The notes: generated from the letters alone by a model not told the origin. A stretch of DNA of 34,528 nt from a bacterium (GCA_044869275.1 JBIOXB010000190.1:1-34528), one strand, 5' to 3'; positions 8,471 to 18,482 are shown, counted from the first letter of the stretch. Numbers and translations are program-made.

Positions 8471-8560
8471 TATTTCGCCCCGTTGGGGTTGTCGCTTGTA
8501 ATGATGGTTTGTTTGTCCAGGGCGTTGCCCTTTGCTTCTACATGTCGCCCCTTTGGGGCT
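8471..8560 (-). repeat. REP cluster right of the Y1 transposase (inverted)
   Basis: Reverse complement AGCCCCAAAGGGGCGACATGTA...AGGGCAACGCCCTGGA...ACCCCAACGGGGCGAAATA matches 7873-7963 except in the spacer. Confidence 0.9.
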
Positions 8561-8837
8561 TGGTGCTGTCGACTATTGAAGCAAGCCATCTCGGGGGCTC
8601 TGCGGCAAAGTAATGGCACATCTCGCGTGAGCAAGTGACAACCCCAAAACTCCAGGGAAGGTGGAGTGTGCAATGCGCACTGAGAATTAACGAGAAGGTG
8701 ACAGTAAGCACCAAACAATATCCTGATCGAAAGAATTCAACGAACAAAAACAACTCTTATCCGTTGGCTTGTTTCTATCCGCTGGAAAATCTTTTCCATT
8801 CCTGCAATTGCAGCAGCTACCCTGATTCGGCCTTACT

Positions 8838-11800
8838 TCACACTGCAACCTCCGGCGGCAACAGTTTGTACATCACCGGCGTCACCAGGCGCGCGAGCAA
8901 TGTCGAGCTGATCAGGCCGCCGATGATCACCCACGCCAGCGGCGAGTAAAGCGAGGAGCCGCCCAAAGCAATGGGCAAAAGTCCGCCGATGGCCGTCATC
9001 GTCGTCAGCAACACCGGCACGAAGCGAATCTCGCCGGCTTTTTGCACGGCCTCGTCGAGGCTCAGGCCTTGCTCGCGCAGTTGATTGGTGAAATCCACCA
9101 GCAAGATCGAGGTTTTTACTTCGATGCCGACGAGCGCGATAAAACCGATGATCGCGGTGAAGGACAATGAATTGCCGGTGAGCAATAGAAACACCAGCCC
9201 GCCGACCATGCCCAGCGGCACCACGGAAAGCACGATCAGCGTGCTTTTGAAACCCTTGAACTCCAATACCAGCGTCGCGAGCACGCCAAAAATCGCGATC
9301 AAAATCGCTGTGCCCAGGCCGCCGAAACTTTCCTGCCGGCTCTCAATCTCTCCCGCAGGAATATAATGATAACCCGCAGGAAATTTCACCGCCTCGAGCT
9401 TGGCCAAAATCGCTTTCGTGACTTTGTCCGTATTGTGGCCGGTTTTGACAAAAGCCGTCAGCGTTACCGCGCGCTCCTTATTGTAGTGATCGATGCGCGT
9501 GGGCGAGGCTTTGAATTCCAGCGCCGCCAACTGGCGCAATGGAATTTGTGCGCCGGTCATGGAGGCGACGTAAATGTGATCGAGCGCCGTGATCTCGGGC
9601 TTGCCATTTCTGGGCAGAGTCAAATTGATGTCGTACTCATCACCGTCTTCTTCTCGAAATTTTCCCGCGCTGATGCCGGCCAGGCTCATGCGCACGGTGC
9701 GCTGCACTTCGACCACCGGCACGCCCAGCAGCCCGGCTTTGTCGTGATCCAGCGCCACTTGGATGTCGGTTTTGGCAATCTTCACCGGATTGTTGACATA
9801 CAGTGTGCCCGGCGTGGATTTGAAAATCTCTTCCACTTCTCCTGCCAGCTGCTTCAATGTCTCGAGATTTTCGCCCACCAAGCGCACGGCAATGGGCGCG
9901 TCGATGGGCGGCCCGTTCTCGAATTCCTTGAGCTCGATCTTGGCATTGGGATAGCCCGCAAAGAGCGCGCGCAGCTCATCATAAAATTGCGGCGTGTGCG
10001 CCGTGCGATATTTGTGCAATTCCGCCAAAATCTCGGCGACGTTGCTCTTTTCATGGCGCGTCGCCACGTTGTAATAGACAAAAGGATTGCCTTTGCCGAG
10101 ATTGGTCATGTAGCTTTTGATCTCAGGCCGTCGCGCCAGCTCGGATTCCACGAAACGCACGGCTCTGTCGGTTTCGGACAGGCTGCTGCCTTCGGGGGTT
10201 TCGAGGGTGATGCGAAACTGCGGCAAGCCGGCTTTGGGAAACAAACTGTAACCGATGACCGGCACCAGTAACAGGCTGGCCGCGAACAACCCGCCGGCAA
10301 TAGCAAGGGTTCTTGCCGGGCGCGCGATCGACCATCCCAGCAGGCGTTTGTAGGTAAAATGGATAAAGCGATTCAGGCCTTTGAGAAAAATATTGCCGTG
10401 CTCGTCTTCATTTTCATGCAGCACGCGGCTGGCCAGGAACGGAATGATGGTCAAAGACACGAACAACGAAGCCAGCACGGTGACCACCACGGCCACGGGC
10501 AGGCTGCGAATGTAGTCACCCGCCGCGCCCGGCAAAAACAGCAGCGGCAGAAAGGCAAAAATCAAAGTTGCGGTGCAGCCGATCACCGCCACGCCGATTT
10601 GTTTTGTCGCGGCGATGGCAGCTTGCACGCGGCTCGCGCCCTGGCGCAAAAAGCGCGTGATGTTTTCCGCCACCACGATGGAATCGTCGACCAGCAAGCC
10701 GAGCGCAATGACAAAGCCCACAATGCTCAATTGGTTGAGATTGAAGCCAAACGACTCCAATAGGAACAAACCGATCAAAAGCGAAAGCGGGATCGAAATC
10801 ATCACGATGAGCGAGGCGCGCACGCCCAGGGGCAAAAGTGTGACCAGCACCAGAATGATGGCGATCCCAAAGTCGCGGTAAAGGCTGTTCAAACGGCCGG
10901 CGACATTTTGCGCCTGATCGAATCCGATTTGCAGAGAAATATTTTTCGGCAGCTCATTTGCAAAGGCGGCAACTTCCGCGCCGAGATTTTCGCGCACCTT
11001 GAAAATATTCTGCCCGGCTTTCTGATTGGCAGTCACGAACACGGCACGCTGACCATTGTAGCGGCCGGCATAGGTCAGGTCTTCATAATTCCATTCCACC
11101 TCCGCGACATCCTGCAAAAACACCGCTTGGCCGGCAGCGGCCCCCACCACCGTGCGCCGGATTTCCTCGAGCGATTTGTAATTCCCGCTGGTTTTAATGT
11201 TGAACTTCTTGCCGCCGACATCCACACTGCCACCCGGAATGTTGGCATTGCTCGATTGGATCATGCCGATCACCTGGCTGAGCGGAACGCGGAGTTGCGC
11301 GAGCTTGCCCAAGTCCAGCGCCACGCGCACTTCGCGCTCGGGGTAGGCCAGCTTTTCCACTTCTTTTACACCGCTAACGGTTTTCAACCGCTTTTTGAGC
11401 TTTTCGGCTTGCTCTTCGAGATCTTTGTATGGCGCGGTTTCGGAAACCAGCGCAATTTGCAGAATATTGACGTTCGTGGTGTTGAAGTGCACGGTTTCCA
11501 GGCTGAGCAAATCCGCGGGCAAATCGCCGCGAATGCTGTTGATCTCGCGCAAAACCTCGTCGTATTTTTTGTCGGCGTCAACGTACGTTTCGAATTCAAC
11601 GCGCATATACATCAAGCCGTCTTCCATTTCCGCGCGCAGACGCTTCAAATCTTCGAGCTCGTTGATTTTCTCCTCCAGCGGATCGACCACGAGCTGTTCG
11701 AGGTCCACCGGGCCGGCGCCGGGATAAATCGCGATAATGGCGTAGGTGGGATTGGGGAACGAAGGATCTTCCGAACGCGAGATGTTGACAAAGGTATTGA

Positions 11801-11876
11801 CGCCGATGGCGATCAACGCGAGAAAGACCACGATGGTGAATTGATAGTTTTTGACGGAATATTCTGTGATCTTCAT
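8838..11876 (-). CDS. RND efflux transporter permease (AcrB/AcrF family)
   Basis: 1012 aa; YPGAGPVDLEQLV, ALGLLVDDSIVVAENI, IRFVPVLLTTMT; two large periplasmic loops. Confidence 0.96.
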   Translation of the reverse strand: MKITEYSVKNYQFTIVVFLALIAIGVNTFVNISRSEDPSFPNPTYAIIAIYPGAGPVDLEQLVVDPLEEKINELEDLKRLRAEMEDGLMYMRVEFETYVDADKKYDEVLREINSIRGDLPADLLSLETVHFNTTNVNILQIALVSETAPYKDLEEQAEKLKKRLKTVSGVKEVEKLAYPEREVRVALDLGKLAQLRVPLSQVIGMIQSSNANIPGGSVDVGGKKFNIKTSGNYKSLEEIRRTVVGAAAGQAVFLQDVAEVEWNYEDLTYAGRYNGQRAVFVTANQKAGQNIFKVRENLGAEVAAFANELPKNISLQIGFDQAQNVAGRLNSLYRDFGIAIILVLVTLLPLGVRASLIVMISIPLSLLIGLFLLESFGFNLNQLSIVGFVIALGLLVDDSIVVAENITRFLRQGASRVQAAIAATKQIGVAVIGCTATLIFAFLPLLFLPGAAGDYIRSLPVAVVVTVLASLFVSLTIIPFLASRVLHENEDEHGNIFLKGLNRFIHFTYKRLLGWSIARPARTLAIAGGLFAASLLLVPVIGYSLFPKAGLPQFRITLETPEGSSLSETDRAVRFVESELARRPEIKSYMTNLGKGNPFVYYNVATRHEKSNVAEILAELHKYRTAHTPQFYDELRALFAGYPNAKIELKEFENGPPIDAPIAVRLVGENLETLKQLAGEVEEIFKSTPGTLYVNNPVKIAKTDIQVALDHDKAGLLGVPVVEVQRTVRMSLAGISAGKFREEDGDEYDINLTLPRNGKPEITALDHIYVASMTGAQIPLRQLAALEFKASPTRIDHYNKERAVTLTAFVKTGHNTDKVTKAILAKLEAVKFPAGYHYIPAGEIESRQESFGGLGTAILIAIFGVLATLVLEFKGFKSTLIVLSVVPLGMVGGLVFLLLTGNSLSFTAIIGFIALVGIEVKTSILLVDFTNQLREQGLSLDEAVQKAGEIRFVPVLLTTMTAIGGLLPIALGGSSLYSPLAWVIIGGLISSTLLARLVTPVMYKLLPPEVAV

Positions 11877-11930
11877 GATGGCCTCGAGTGGAGCGAGTAC
11901 AACGATTGAAACAAAGACTGTGTTGGTTTT

Positions 11931-11984
11931 TTACACGTTACACGTTACACTTTACACGTGTAAGGTGTAACGTGTAACGTGTAA
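11931..11984. repeat. Heptamer (TTACACG) tandem-repeat palindrome, 54 bp
   Basis: (TTACACG)2 TTACACT TTACAC|GTGTAA GGTGTAA (CGTGTAA)2; same family as 2311-2350. Confidence 0.92.
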
Positions 11985-11999
11985 TTTGGAGATTTTCAT

Positions 12000-13069
12000 T
12001 CACTGGACAATCTTCACGCGCGCGCCTTCGCTGAGGTACGCTGCGCCGCCGGTGACGACCTCCGCAATATTTTCCAAGCCCGAGCTGACGGCCGCTTGCT
12101 GGCCGTGAATGAACGCAACGGTTACTGCCCGCCTAGTGGCGATGTGGGCAGGCGCGATCGTAAAAACATTGCCGCGATTACCGTCGGCTTCGACCAGCGC
12201 CTCAATCGGAATCAATGCCAAAGCCGATTTGCGCGAAGGGCGATTTCGGCTCTTCCCATGATTCCGGACATGAACATGGCACCTGGCGGCGCGGCAACGG
12301 CCAATTCGACTTCAAATGTTCCCGTCATCGGCGCCGCCGTCCCGGAAATCTCAGTCACCATGGCCGGAAACAATTGGCCGGGGAAAGCATCAAACGCAAG
12401 CTGGGCCGTATCTCCCAACGCCACGCGCACCACGTCGCGATCGGCCAATCCCACCTTCAGCACCCAGCCGGCTTGCGCGCTGCTCATGGTCAGCACTGGC
12501 ATGCCCGGGCTGATCAATTCGCTTTCTTCGGCAAAGCGCTTTAAAATCTTGCCGCTCGCCGGCGCATAGATGTTCGCGTAGCGCCAGTTGAATTTGGCGA
12601 TTTCCAGCGTGGACTTGGCCATCTCGAACCCGGTCGTCGCATCCTGCAATTGCTCGAGCGTCGTGACTTTGTCTTTGTAAAGATTTTGCACGCGCTCGAG
12701 ATCGCGTGCGGCTTTGTCAAAGGCATTTTGTGCCTGGTTGACCTGCGCATTGATTTCTGATAATTTTAACGTCGCCAACAACTGGCCCTGGCGCACGCCC
12801 TGCCCTTCGCGCACATGAATGCGATCGACAATGCCGCCGATCTTGAACGACAGCTTGCTCTCCGCCTTTCCGGAGAGAATACCCGTGACGCGCACCGGCG
12901 GTGCGAGCATGGCGTTTTCCACTTTGGCCGTGCGCACGGCAACGGTTTCGATCTCACTGGAATCGGCATTGCTCTCACCGCAGCCGGTGAGCGCAATGGC
13001 GAAGGCGCTGATACCCAACGCGAGCAACGCGGCGGTAATCGTCGTGGTGCAATGTAATGGCTTTTTCAT
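12000..13069 (-). pseudogene. RND periplasmic adaptor (membrane fusion protein) split by a single-base frameshift
   Basis: Lipoprotein-like leader (LTGC), lipoyl halves (VREGQGVRQGQLLA; IYAPASGKI). The C-terminal LIPIEALV...VSSGL...VVTGG..YLSEGARV lies in a different frame; one extra base at 12238-12240 restores ...EIAPSRKSALALIP. Confidence 0.85.
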
Positions 13070-13206
13070 ATTTGAGACCTCCAGAAGGTTTTGCATGGCG
13101 TCGAGGTTTTGTGGAAAGTTTGGAACGGTTCTATGTGCCTTGTCATTTGTATATTAAACGTGCTCTTGATTCCGATCTGAGCACTTATTGAGGCCTAACT
13201 TTTTCA

Positions 13207-13254
13207 GACGCAGAGCGTCATCGCATGCGTTCCACCGCTGAGCGGTGGAACGAG
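13207..13254 (-). repeat. REP-like double hairpin
   Basis: GACGCAGAGCGTC and CGTTCCACCGCTGAGCGGTGGAACG palindromes. Confidence 0.8.
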
Positions 13255-13277
13255 TATTCCCGTCTCTATATTCGCAA

Positions 13278-13384
13278 GACAGAAAGATGGAGGACAGAAA
13301 AATAGTTTTTTTGCTTCATGCTACCATCATCAATTTCCATGGCTCGACGCCAAACGCCATTTTTCTGTCTTTCATTTTTCTGCC
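13278..13384. repeat. Inverted repeat built from GACAGAAAAAT-type units
   Basis: GACAGAAAGATGGAGGACAGAAAAAT ... ATTTTTCTGTCTTTCATTTTTCTGCC. Confidence 0.8.
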
Positions 13385-13473
13385 TTGGCCTTTGTTCAAG
13401 CCAACTGAGCAGTTCCAGCATACGACTTCTCTATATTTTTTCGTTGGGCCGCCCGCAGGGCCTTTGTGCTTAG

Positions 13474-13604
13474 CAGGATGCTGAAAAAGCCTCGAATTGC
13501 TCTAATTCGTCATTCCCGCGAAAGCGGGAATCCATGATTTTGTTGGGTTTTCTGGATACCCGCTTTCGCGGGTATGACATTTAAAAGAGTTTTTCAGCAG
13601 CCTG
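13474..13604. mobile_element. MITE family C (131 bp), IS5-like ends, TTAG target duplication, carrying a GTCATTCCCGCGAAAGCGGGAATCCA repeat pair
   Basis: TIRs CAGGATGCTGAAAAA / TTTTTCAGCAGCCTG (14/15); TTAG at 13470-13473 and 13605-13608; internal inverted pair at 13509-13578. Confidence 0.85.
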
Positions 13605-13615
13605 TTAGACCTCTT

Positions 13616-14980
13616 TCACTTTTTCGTAACCTGCAGCGGATAAAGCCCGGCGACGCGCTCGAAATGCGCGTGTTTGATGTAATAATCGTAAGTGGTCAAG
13701 ATTTGATTGATGCCGGCATTCGTGTAGGCGGTGCGCGCGTCGAGATATTCGATCTGCGCGGCGCTGCCGAGCTGGTATTTCTTTGCCACCAATTCGAATG
13801 ATTTCTCCGCGCTCGCGAGACGGTCGTTGGCCGTCGCAATTGCGCTTTGGGCCACCATCATGTCGTGGTGTGCCGTGCGCACTTGCAAATCGATTTGATT
13901 CTCTAATTCCACTTGCCGCGTTTGCAGGCGCGCGCTTTCCAATTGCGCCTGTTGCCGCTTGGCGGCATCCTGAAAACCATTGAACAGATTCCATTGCGCC
14001 ACCAGTGAAACAATGAGAAAATCGTTGTCCGCGTCAAAATCGTAGGTATTGCCCTGGAAGCCGTAATCGATTCCCAATCCCAGCGTGGGCATAAAGCTCG
14101 AGGTGTTCACTTTGACGCCGGCCTCGGCAGCTTGAATGCCGGCTTGGAGTTGCTGTAATTCCTCGCGGTGTTTTTTTGCTTCCACTTGCGCGCGTTCGCG
14201 ATCGAGCGCGATTTCCACCGCCAGGGAAGAATCGGGAGCGAGTGCGATCGGCGTGTCCAGCTGGCGATTCAGCAGAAAGTTAAAGTATTGCGCTGCGGCC
14301 TCGCTTTGCTGACCGGCTTCTGCCAGCTTCTGCTGCACTTCCGAAAGCTCGGCGCGCGCGCGATAGACAACGTCTTCTGTGATTTTTTGATTGGCAAGGA
14401 GGCTTTGATTCACCCGCAGGTTTTCTTCCAACAGAGGAACAGTTTTACCATACAGTTCCACCACGCGCACGGTTTTGGCATAGTTGAGATAAGCGGTTTT
14501 GATGTCGGCCACCAATTGCCGTTGAAAAGACCGCAAATGCGCGGCTTCGGCTACACGCAAGCTGGACTGAACCCGATAATTATAATAGATGGCAGGATTA
14601 AAAATCGGTTGCGTCAGAGTGACTTTTGCTTCGCGCGCTAAGGGCAGGCGCAAATTGAGACCCAGGGGAAATGCCTCTTGCTGCAGAAGCTGATTCAATG
14701 TGGCATAAACGGGGTCCACCAGCCTGCCGAAGTCGAGCACATTGCCTTCTAATTTGGAATAGCGTGCGCCGAGATCGAGCGACGGCAAAAACAGCCCGCG
14801 CGCTTCGCGCAAAGCTTGTTCGCTTTTTTGGTATGAAAAGTTTTGTTGTTGGAGCGCGAGATTGCTTGCCAAACCTTCGCGCACATATCCCTCCAGCACG
14901 CCACTTTGCGACCTGGCGCTGGGCGTGACGTTGAGCCAAGTTGCCAGGCAAATCAGAATTGCAAAAAGCGATTTAGTCAT
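13616..14980 (-). CDS. TolC-family outer membrane efflux protein
   Basis: Signal peptide; duplicated OEP repeats (ARGLFLPSLDL / TSSFMPTLGL; WNLFNGF). Start at ATG 14980 chosen from GAGG spacing. Confidence 0.92.
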   Translation of the reverse strand: MTKSLFAILICLATWLNVTPSARSQSGVLEGYVREGLASNLALQQQNFSYQKSEQALREARGLFLPSLDLGARYSKLEGNVLDFGRLVDPVYATLNQLLQQEAFPLGLNLRLPLAREAKVTLTQPIFNPAIYYNYRVQSSLRVAEAAHLRSFQRQLVADIKTAYLNYAKTVRVVELYGKTVPLLEENLRVNQSLLANQKITEDVVYRARAELSEVQQKLAEAGQQSEAAAQYFNFLLNRQLDTPIALAPDSSLAVEIALDRERAQVEAKKHREELQQLQAGIQAAEAGVKVNTSSFMPTLGLGIDYGFQGNTYDFDADNDFLIVSLVAQWNLFNGFQDAAKRQQAQLESARLQTRQVELENQIDLQVRTAHHDMMVAQSAIATANDRLASAEKSFELVAKKYQLGSAAQIEYLDARTAYTNAGINQILTTYDYYIKHAHFERVAGLYPLQVTKK

Positions 14981-15045
14981 GATCATCCTCTGCCGTGAGG
15001 TGCGGTGTATCCTCATTGGAACTTTGGTGACGCAAGGTAAAAAAA

Positions 15046-15058
15046 TGACTAAGAGTCA
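15046..15058. promoter_or_regulatory. Putative TetR operator upstream of the tolC-like gene
   Basis: TGACT-AAG-AGTCA palindrome; same motif at 15784-15796. Confidence 0.7.
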
Positions 15059-15130
15059 CATAAACTGCTAAAAAAACGCGAGTTGAATTCGCGGCATCTT
15101 CTTACATGCAGACGTGTGGAAAAATATACG

Positions 15131-15781
15131 TCACTTCTTCTTTGAAGTTGCACGCAGAGATTGCAGGGTCAATTCCCAAGACTTGGTCATCAACGCTTCC
15201 AGATCGATTTTATAGTCGTGCATGAAATGATCGGCCTTGTTGGCGATCAGTCCGATCATGCCGTTGGAGATGCCCCATAGCGTAATCGCCACTTCGATCG
15301 GCTTGAGCTCCTTGCGAAAAACGCCTTCTTTGATGCCGCGTCCATACACCTGGGCCACCACTTGCAGGCAGGCCAGGGAGCGTTGCTCGGAACATTGCAG
15401 AACTTCTTCTGAGACTTTGGAGTGCAGCACGCGCGCATCCGCAAACATGAGAATATGAAAATAGTCGGGATACTTTTTGTAGAACTGATAATAGGCAAAA
15501 CCGATTTGCCGCAGGGCCTCGTCCGCCTTCATCGGCAGAGCGGCGACTTCCTCGAACATGCGGCGCAAAATTGACAGCCCTTCTTCGAGCAATGAGACGT
15601 ACAGATCTTCTTTGCTCTTGAAATAAAGATACAGCGCGCCTTTGCTCAATTCCGCGGCCTCAGCCACGGCGTCCATCGACGCCGCCTGCATGCCGTGCTC
15701 AAAAAAAATTTTGCGTGCCGCTGCGAGAATGCTCCGCCGGCGATGCTCTTTTTCGCGTTCTTTGCGCTCTAATGTGCCCAT
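15131..15781 (-). CDS. TetR/AcrR-family transcriptional regulator
   Basis: ILAAARKIFFEHG...SMDAVAEAAELSKGALYLYFKSKEDL helix-turn-helix. Confidence 0.96.
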   Translation of the reverse strand: MGTLERKEREKEHRRRSILAAARKIFFEHGMQAASMDAVAEAAELSKGALYLYFKSKEDLYVSLLEEGLSILRRMFEEVAALPMKADEALRQIGFAYYQFYKKYPDYFHILMFADARVLHSKVSEEVLQCSEQRSLACLQVVAQVYGRGIKEGVFRKELKPIEVAITLWGISNGMIGLIANKADHFMHDYKIDLEALMTKSWELTLQSLRATSKKK

Positions 15782-15783
15782 TA

Positions 15784-15836
15784 TGACTCTCAGTCAGTTT
15801 TCGACTATAAGATAACAACGTAAAAGAAAAAGTCAA
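15784..15836 (-). promoter_or_regulatory. tetR promoter and autoregulatory operator
   Basis: Minus strand TTGACT-16 nt-TATCTT (TGn-extended); TGACT-N3-AGTCA at 15784-15796 just before the ATG. Confidence 0.65.
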
Positions 15837-15997
15837 GCGGTTTTTAAAAAACTCGCGGGGCGCAAAGCGCATGGCGTTTCAGAACGGGAAAAACACAAAG
15901 TGATTGCAACGCGAGAAACTCACATTCCTCCAAGCCAGCACTTGCCATTCAAGAATGAATTGCCTAATTTGCGGCGCGACGACAAAGCAGGAATCTG

Positions 15998-17719
15998 TTG
16001 ATCACCTCTCTGGCGCCAAGCCCCATGGCTGTGAAGACCAACACCTCCGCTCTTTTCGAAACACAAGAAACGGCGACGGCCCTTCCTCTTGCTCCGCCCC
16101 GGGAGGTGGAACACGCGCCCTCAGAAGCGCAGCGCGCCGGCACAATGCTGCGCGTTTTCGGCAATGAGCGCCTCGCGTTTTTCGAATCGGAGCGTGCGCC
16201 ATTTTATCTCAATATTCTCTACAAAATGCTGCTCCTGCGGCGCGAGCATGAGCTGCAGCCGCCGCACGAGGATTTGTACTACGCCGTGCGCGAGAGCCAA
16301 TTGCTGCTGGCGGCGGATTATGAATTGAATCAATTCGCGGCGGACGTCGCGCAACTGCTCGCCTGGGGCAATCTTACCAAAGTGTTGGAACCTTACCGCC
16401 TGCGCAGCTACAAAGATCTCAGTCGCGAAAATTACCGCTACGTGCTCAATGAGAACACCGTCGCATTTCTGCAATGGCTCGAGTATCGCGTGCGCACGCG
16501 CAGCGAAGGTCGCAGCCGCGACGGCCGCAATTTTTTGCAGGACATTGTCGCCGCACTGCAGGAATTCGACCGGTTGTGCACCGCGGCCCCGCTGCACGAA
16601 ACCGGCTTGTCGGAAGAGATCGCCCGGCGCGCGATGCATTTGCGTTACGCCATCGAAGATCACATGCACGATCTTTCCGCCGAGTTGTTGGAATTTCGCG
16701 CCACCATGGTGCAGTTCGTCACGCGTGCCTACGATATCGAGACTCTTAAAGGGATTCTGTTATGGCTGAGCCGCTATGTCGAAGTCTATTTGCAAGGCAT
16801 CTATCATTTGCGCGAGCGTATTCTCGAATTGATTGCCAGGCTCGACACCAACGCTACCCGCGTCTTGCTGGCGAGCAGCCAGGCGTTTATCGCCGCGCAA
16901 CGCCGCCAAATGCCGCAGGCGCTGCGGGGCGATCTCGCCGCGGAACCGGCTGACGCCGAAGACTTCTTGCGCCACGTGCACGAATTTTTTGCGCGCGACA
17001 CGAAGCTGGACGAGCTGTGCGAGCGCATTCATGCCACGGCGCGCGAAGTGATCAAGAAGATGGACGCCAAACTGCGCGAGCTCGAGCGCCGCAACACGCG
17101 TATTCACGATCTTAAGGCACGCATTCGCGAGCTCGCCAACGCGCCGGTTGATCTTCGCTACGGCGGCAATTCTCTTTCATCTGATGGCCGGCTATTCGAA
17201 GCAAGCGAAGAGGGCGAATGCCTCGCAGGTTATCGCTTCATCAATGCTGTGTTGCTACCCTCTTACGCTCAACTTGATGCGCAATATTGGGACTTGCATA
17301 CGAAAGCTGCACCGCCGCGGCCACGCAGCCGAACGCAGAGCTCGCCTAGCTCCGTGCCCAAGACTTACCTCAAGTCCAAGGCGCGAACCAAACAAGAAAT
17401 CTATGCGCTGGAAGCAAAAAGGCGCGAAGAGCTCCGCCAGTGGCTCCTACGCTTTTTGTTCAAGGGACAGGCAAAAATCCGTCTGGCCGGCCTCGAGCTC
17501 GACGACCCAAGCGCCGCTGCATTCTGGATGAAGCTCATGCATTTTGTCCACGTTACACCGACTAAAGATTTGCAGAAACTGCAAGTGCAAGTGCGCGAGC
17601 TCACGCAGCTCTCAGAGATTCCAGCGAGTGTGCTGATCGGCAATGCAACGGCAGGTGTTTATACGCCGGATCATCTGGTCATCGACTTAAGCGCAGAGGG
17701 CGGAGGGCCGAGAGCATAG
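15998..17719 (+). CDS. jetA: Wadjet JetA (kleisin-like; DUF2397/TIGR02677-like)
   Basis: QLLAWGNL...SYKDLSRENYRYVL signature; first gene of a jetABC-like run. Start uncertain (TTG 15998 or ATG 16025). Confidence 0.82.
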   Translation: MITSLAPSPMAVKTNTSALFETQETATALPLAPPREVEHAPSEAQRAGTMLRVFGNERLAFFESERAPFYLNILYKMLLLRREHELQPPHEDLYYAVRESQLLLAADYELNQFAADVAQLLAWGNLTKVLEPYRLRSYKDLSRENYRYVLNENTVAFLQWLEYRVRTRSEGRSRDGRNFLQDIVAALQEFDRLCTAAPLHETGLSEEIARRAMHLRYAIEDHMHDLSAELLEFRATMVQFVTRAYDIETLKGILLWLSRYVEVYLQGIYHLRERILELIARLDTNATRVLLASSQAFIAAQRRQMPQALRGDLAAEPADAEDFLRHVHEFFARDTKLDELCERIHATAREVIKKMDAKLRELERRNTRIHDLKARIRELANAPVDLRYGGNSLSSDGRLFEASEEGECLAGYRFINAVLLPSYAQLDAQYWDLHTKAAPPRPRSRTQSSPSSVPKTYLKSKARTKQEIYALEAKRREELRQWLLRFLFKGQAKIRLAGLELDDPSAAAFWMKLMHFVHVTPTKDLQKLQVQVRELTQLSEIPASVLIGNATAGVYTPDHLVIDLSAEGGGPRA

Positions 17720-17804
17720 CGCAGAGGGCATAGAGCCTAGCGCGTGCCCTTCACGCTTTGCCCTCTGCCCTCTGCTCTAAGCTCAATGCCTTCTGCGCTT
17801 TGCC
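17711..17804. repeat. Heptamer repeat (AGAGCAT/AGGGCAT vs TGCCCTC/TGCTCTA) with inverted arms between jetA and jetB
   Basis: Period-7 units; the jetA stop TAG lies inside the repeat. Confidence 0.8.
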
Positions 17805-17819
17805 ATTGGAGCCCACACC

Positions 17820-18482
17820 ATGTCCACCGAATTCTTCTCCCACTTGAATCTTCACAAGGTGAAACAACTGCTTAATATCTTGCAGGAATCGCCTTATTTT
17901 TACCGCGATGATGATCCCACGTTGTTCGCTTTTCTCAGGCAAAATCGCTTGCAGTTCGAGCGCTTCTACCAGCATTTCTACGGCTGGGAGATCGTGGTGG
18001 ATCAAAAATGTGCACGGCTCTATAAGCCGAATTGGTACAACGATTTCGTCACGCCGGCGCAGCGCGATTTGTTTCAATTGACCAGGCGCAACGATTGCCT
18101 GGCATTCTTGCTGGTGCTGGAGTTCTATGAACACCTCCTGGAGGAGCAGAATCTCACAATTGAAGACACCAATCCCAAATTTTATTTCGGCGAGCTGCTC
18201 GAGTTCGCCCAGCGCCGTCTGCAGGAGGAATTAGGAGAAAAAGCACCCAGTATGGCCGGTGTCCGCGAGATTCTTCGCCGTATCCTGCCGATGCTGCTGC
18301 GTTACCGCTTTCTGCGCGAGCATCCTCCCGAGTATGAAGACGGCGAGATCGACAAAGACAAGTGGATCTACGAAGGCATGCCCGCGCTGTATCATTACGA
18401 CAGCCGCGTCGCCTCGCAATCGATTTATGCCGCGTGCTTTGGCCCGAATGGGAAAGATCAGAACGGCTCGGATGCAATATAG
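17820..18482 (+). CDS. jetB: Wadjet JetB (KITE-like; DUF2398/TIGR02678-like)
   Basis: LL..P...DDPTLF...FYGWEIVVDQKCARLYK pattern; SD GGAG; abuts the SMC gene. Confidence 0.8.
   Translation: MSTEFFSHLNLHKVKQLLNILQESPYFYRDDDPTLFAFLRQNRLQFERFYQHFYGWEIVVDQKCARLYKPNWYNDFVTPAQRDLFQLTRRNDCLAFLLVLEFYEHLLEEQNLTIEDTNPKFYFGELLEFAQRRLQEELGEKAPSMAGVREILRRILPMLLRYRFLREHPPEYEDGEIDKDKWIYEGMPALYHYDSRVASQSIYAACFGPNGKDQNGSDAI

Noticed and set aside
8462..8837. tnpB/IscB or omega-RNA downstream of tnpA
   Set aside because: No RuvC-type ORF; only the REP cluster and short unstructured DNA
9366..11909. Long plus-strand ORFs (301 and 333 aa), likewise 19965-20891, 29948-30985 and 33431-34273
   Set aside because: Antisense or out-of-frame shadows of well-supported genes, expected at this GC content
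12230..12245. Programmed ribosomal frameshift in the adaptor gene
   Set aside because: No X XXY YYZ slippery heptamer or obvious stimulatory structure
13192..13450. attC-like ends GCCTAAC ... GTTGGGC
   Set aside because: About 260 bp apart, no L boxes recognisable, no integrase or cassette array
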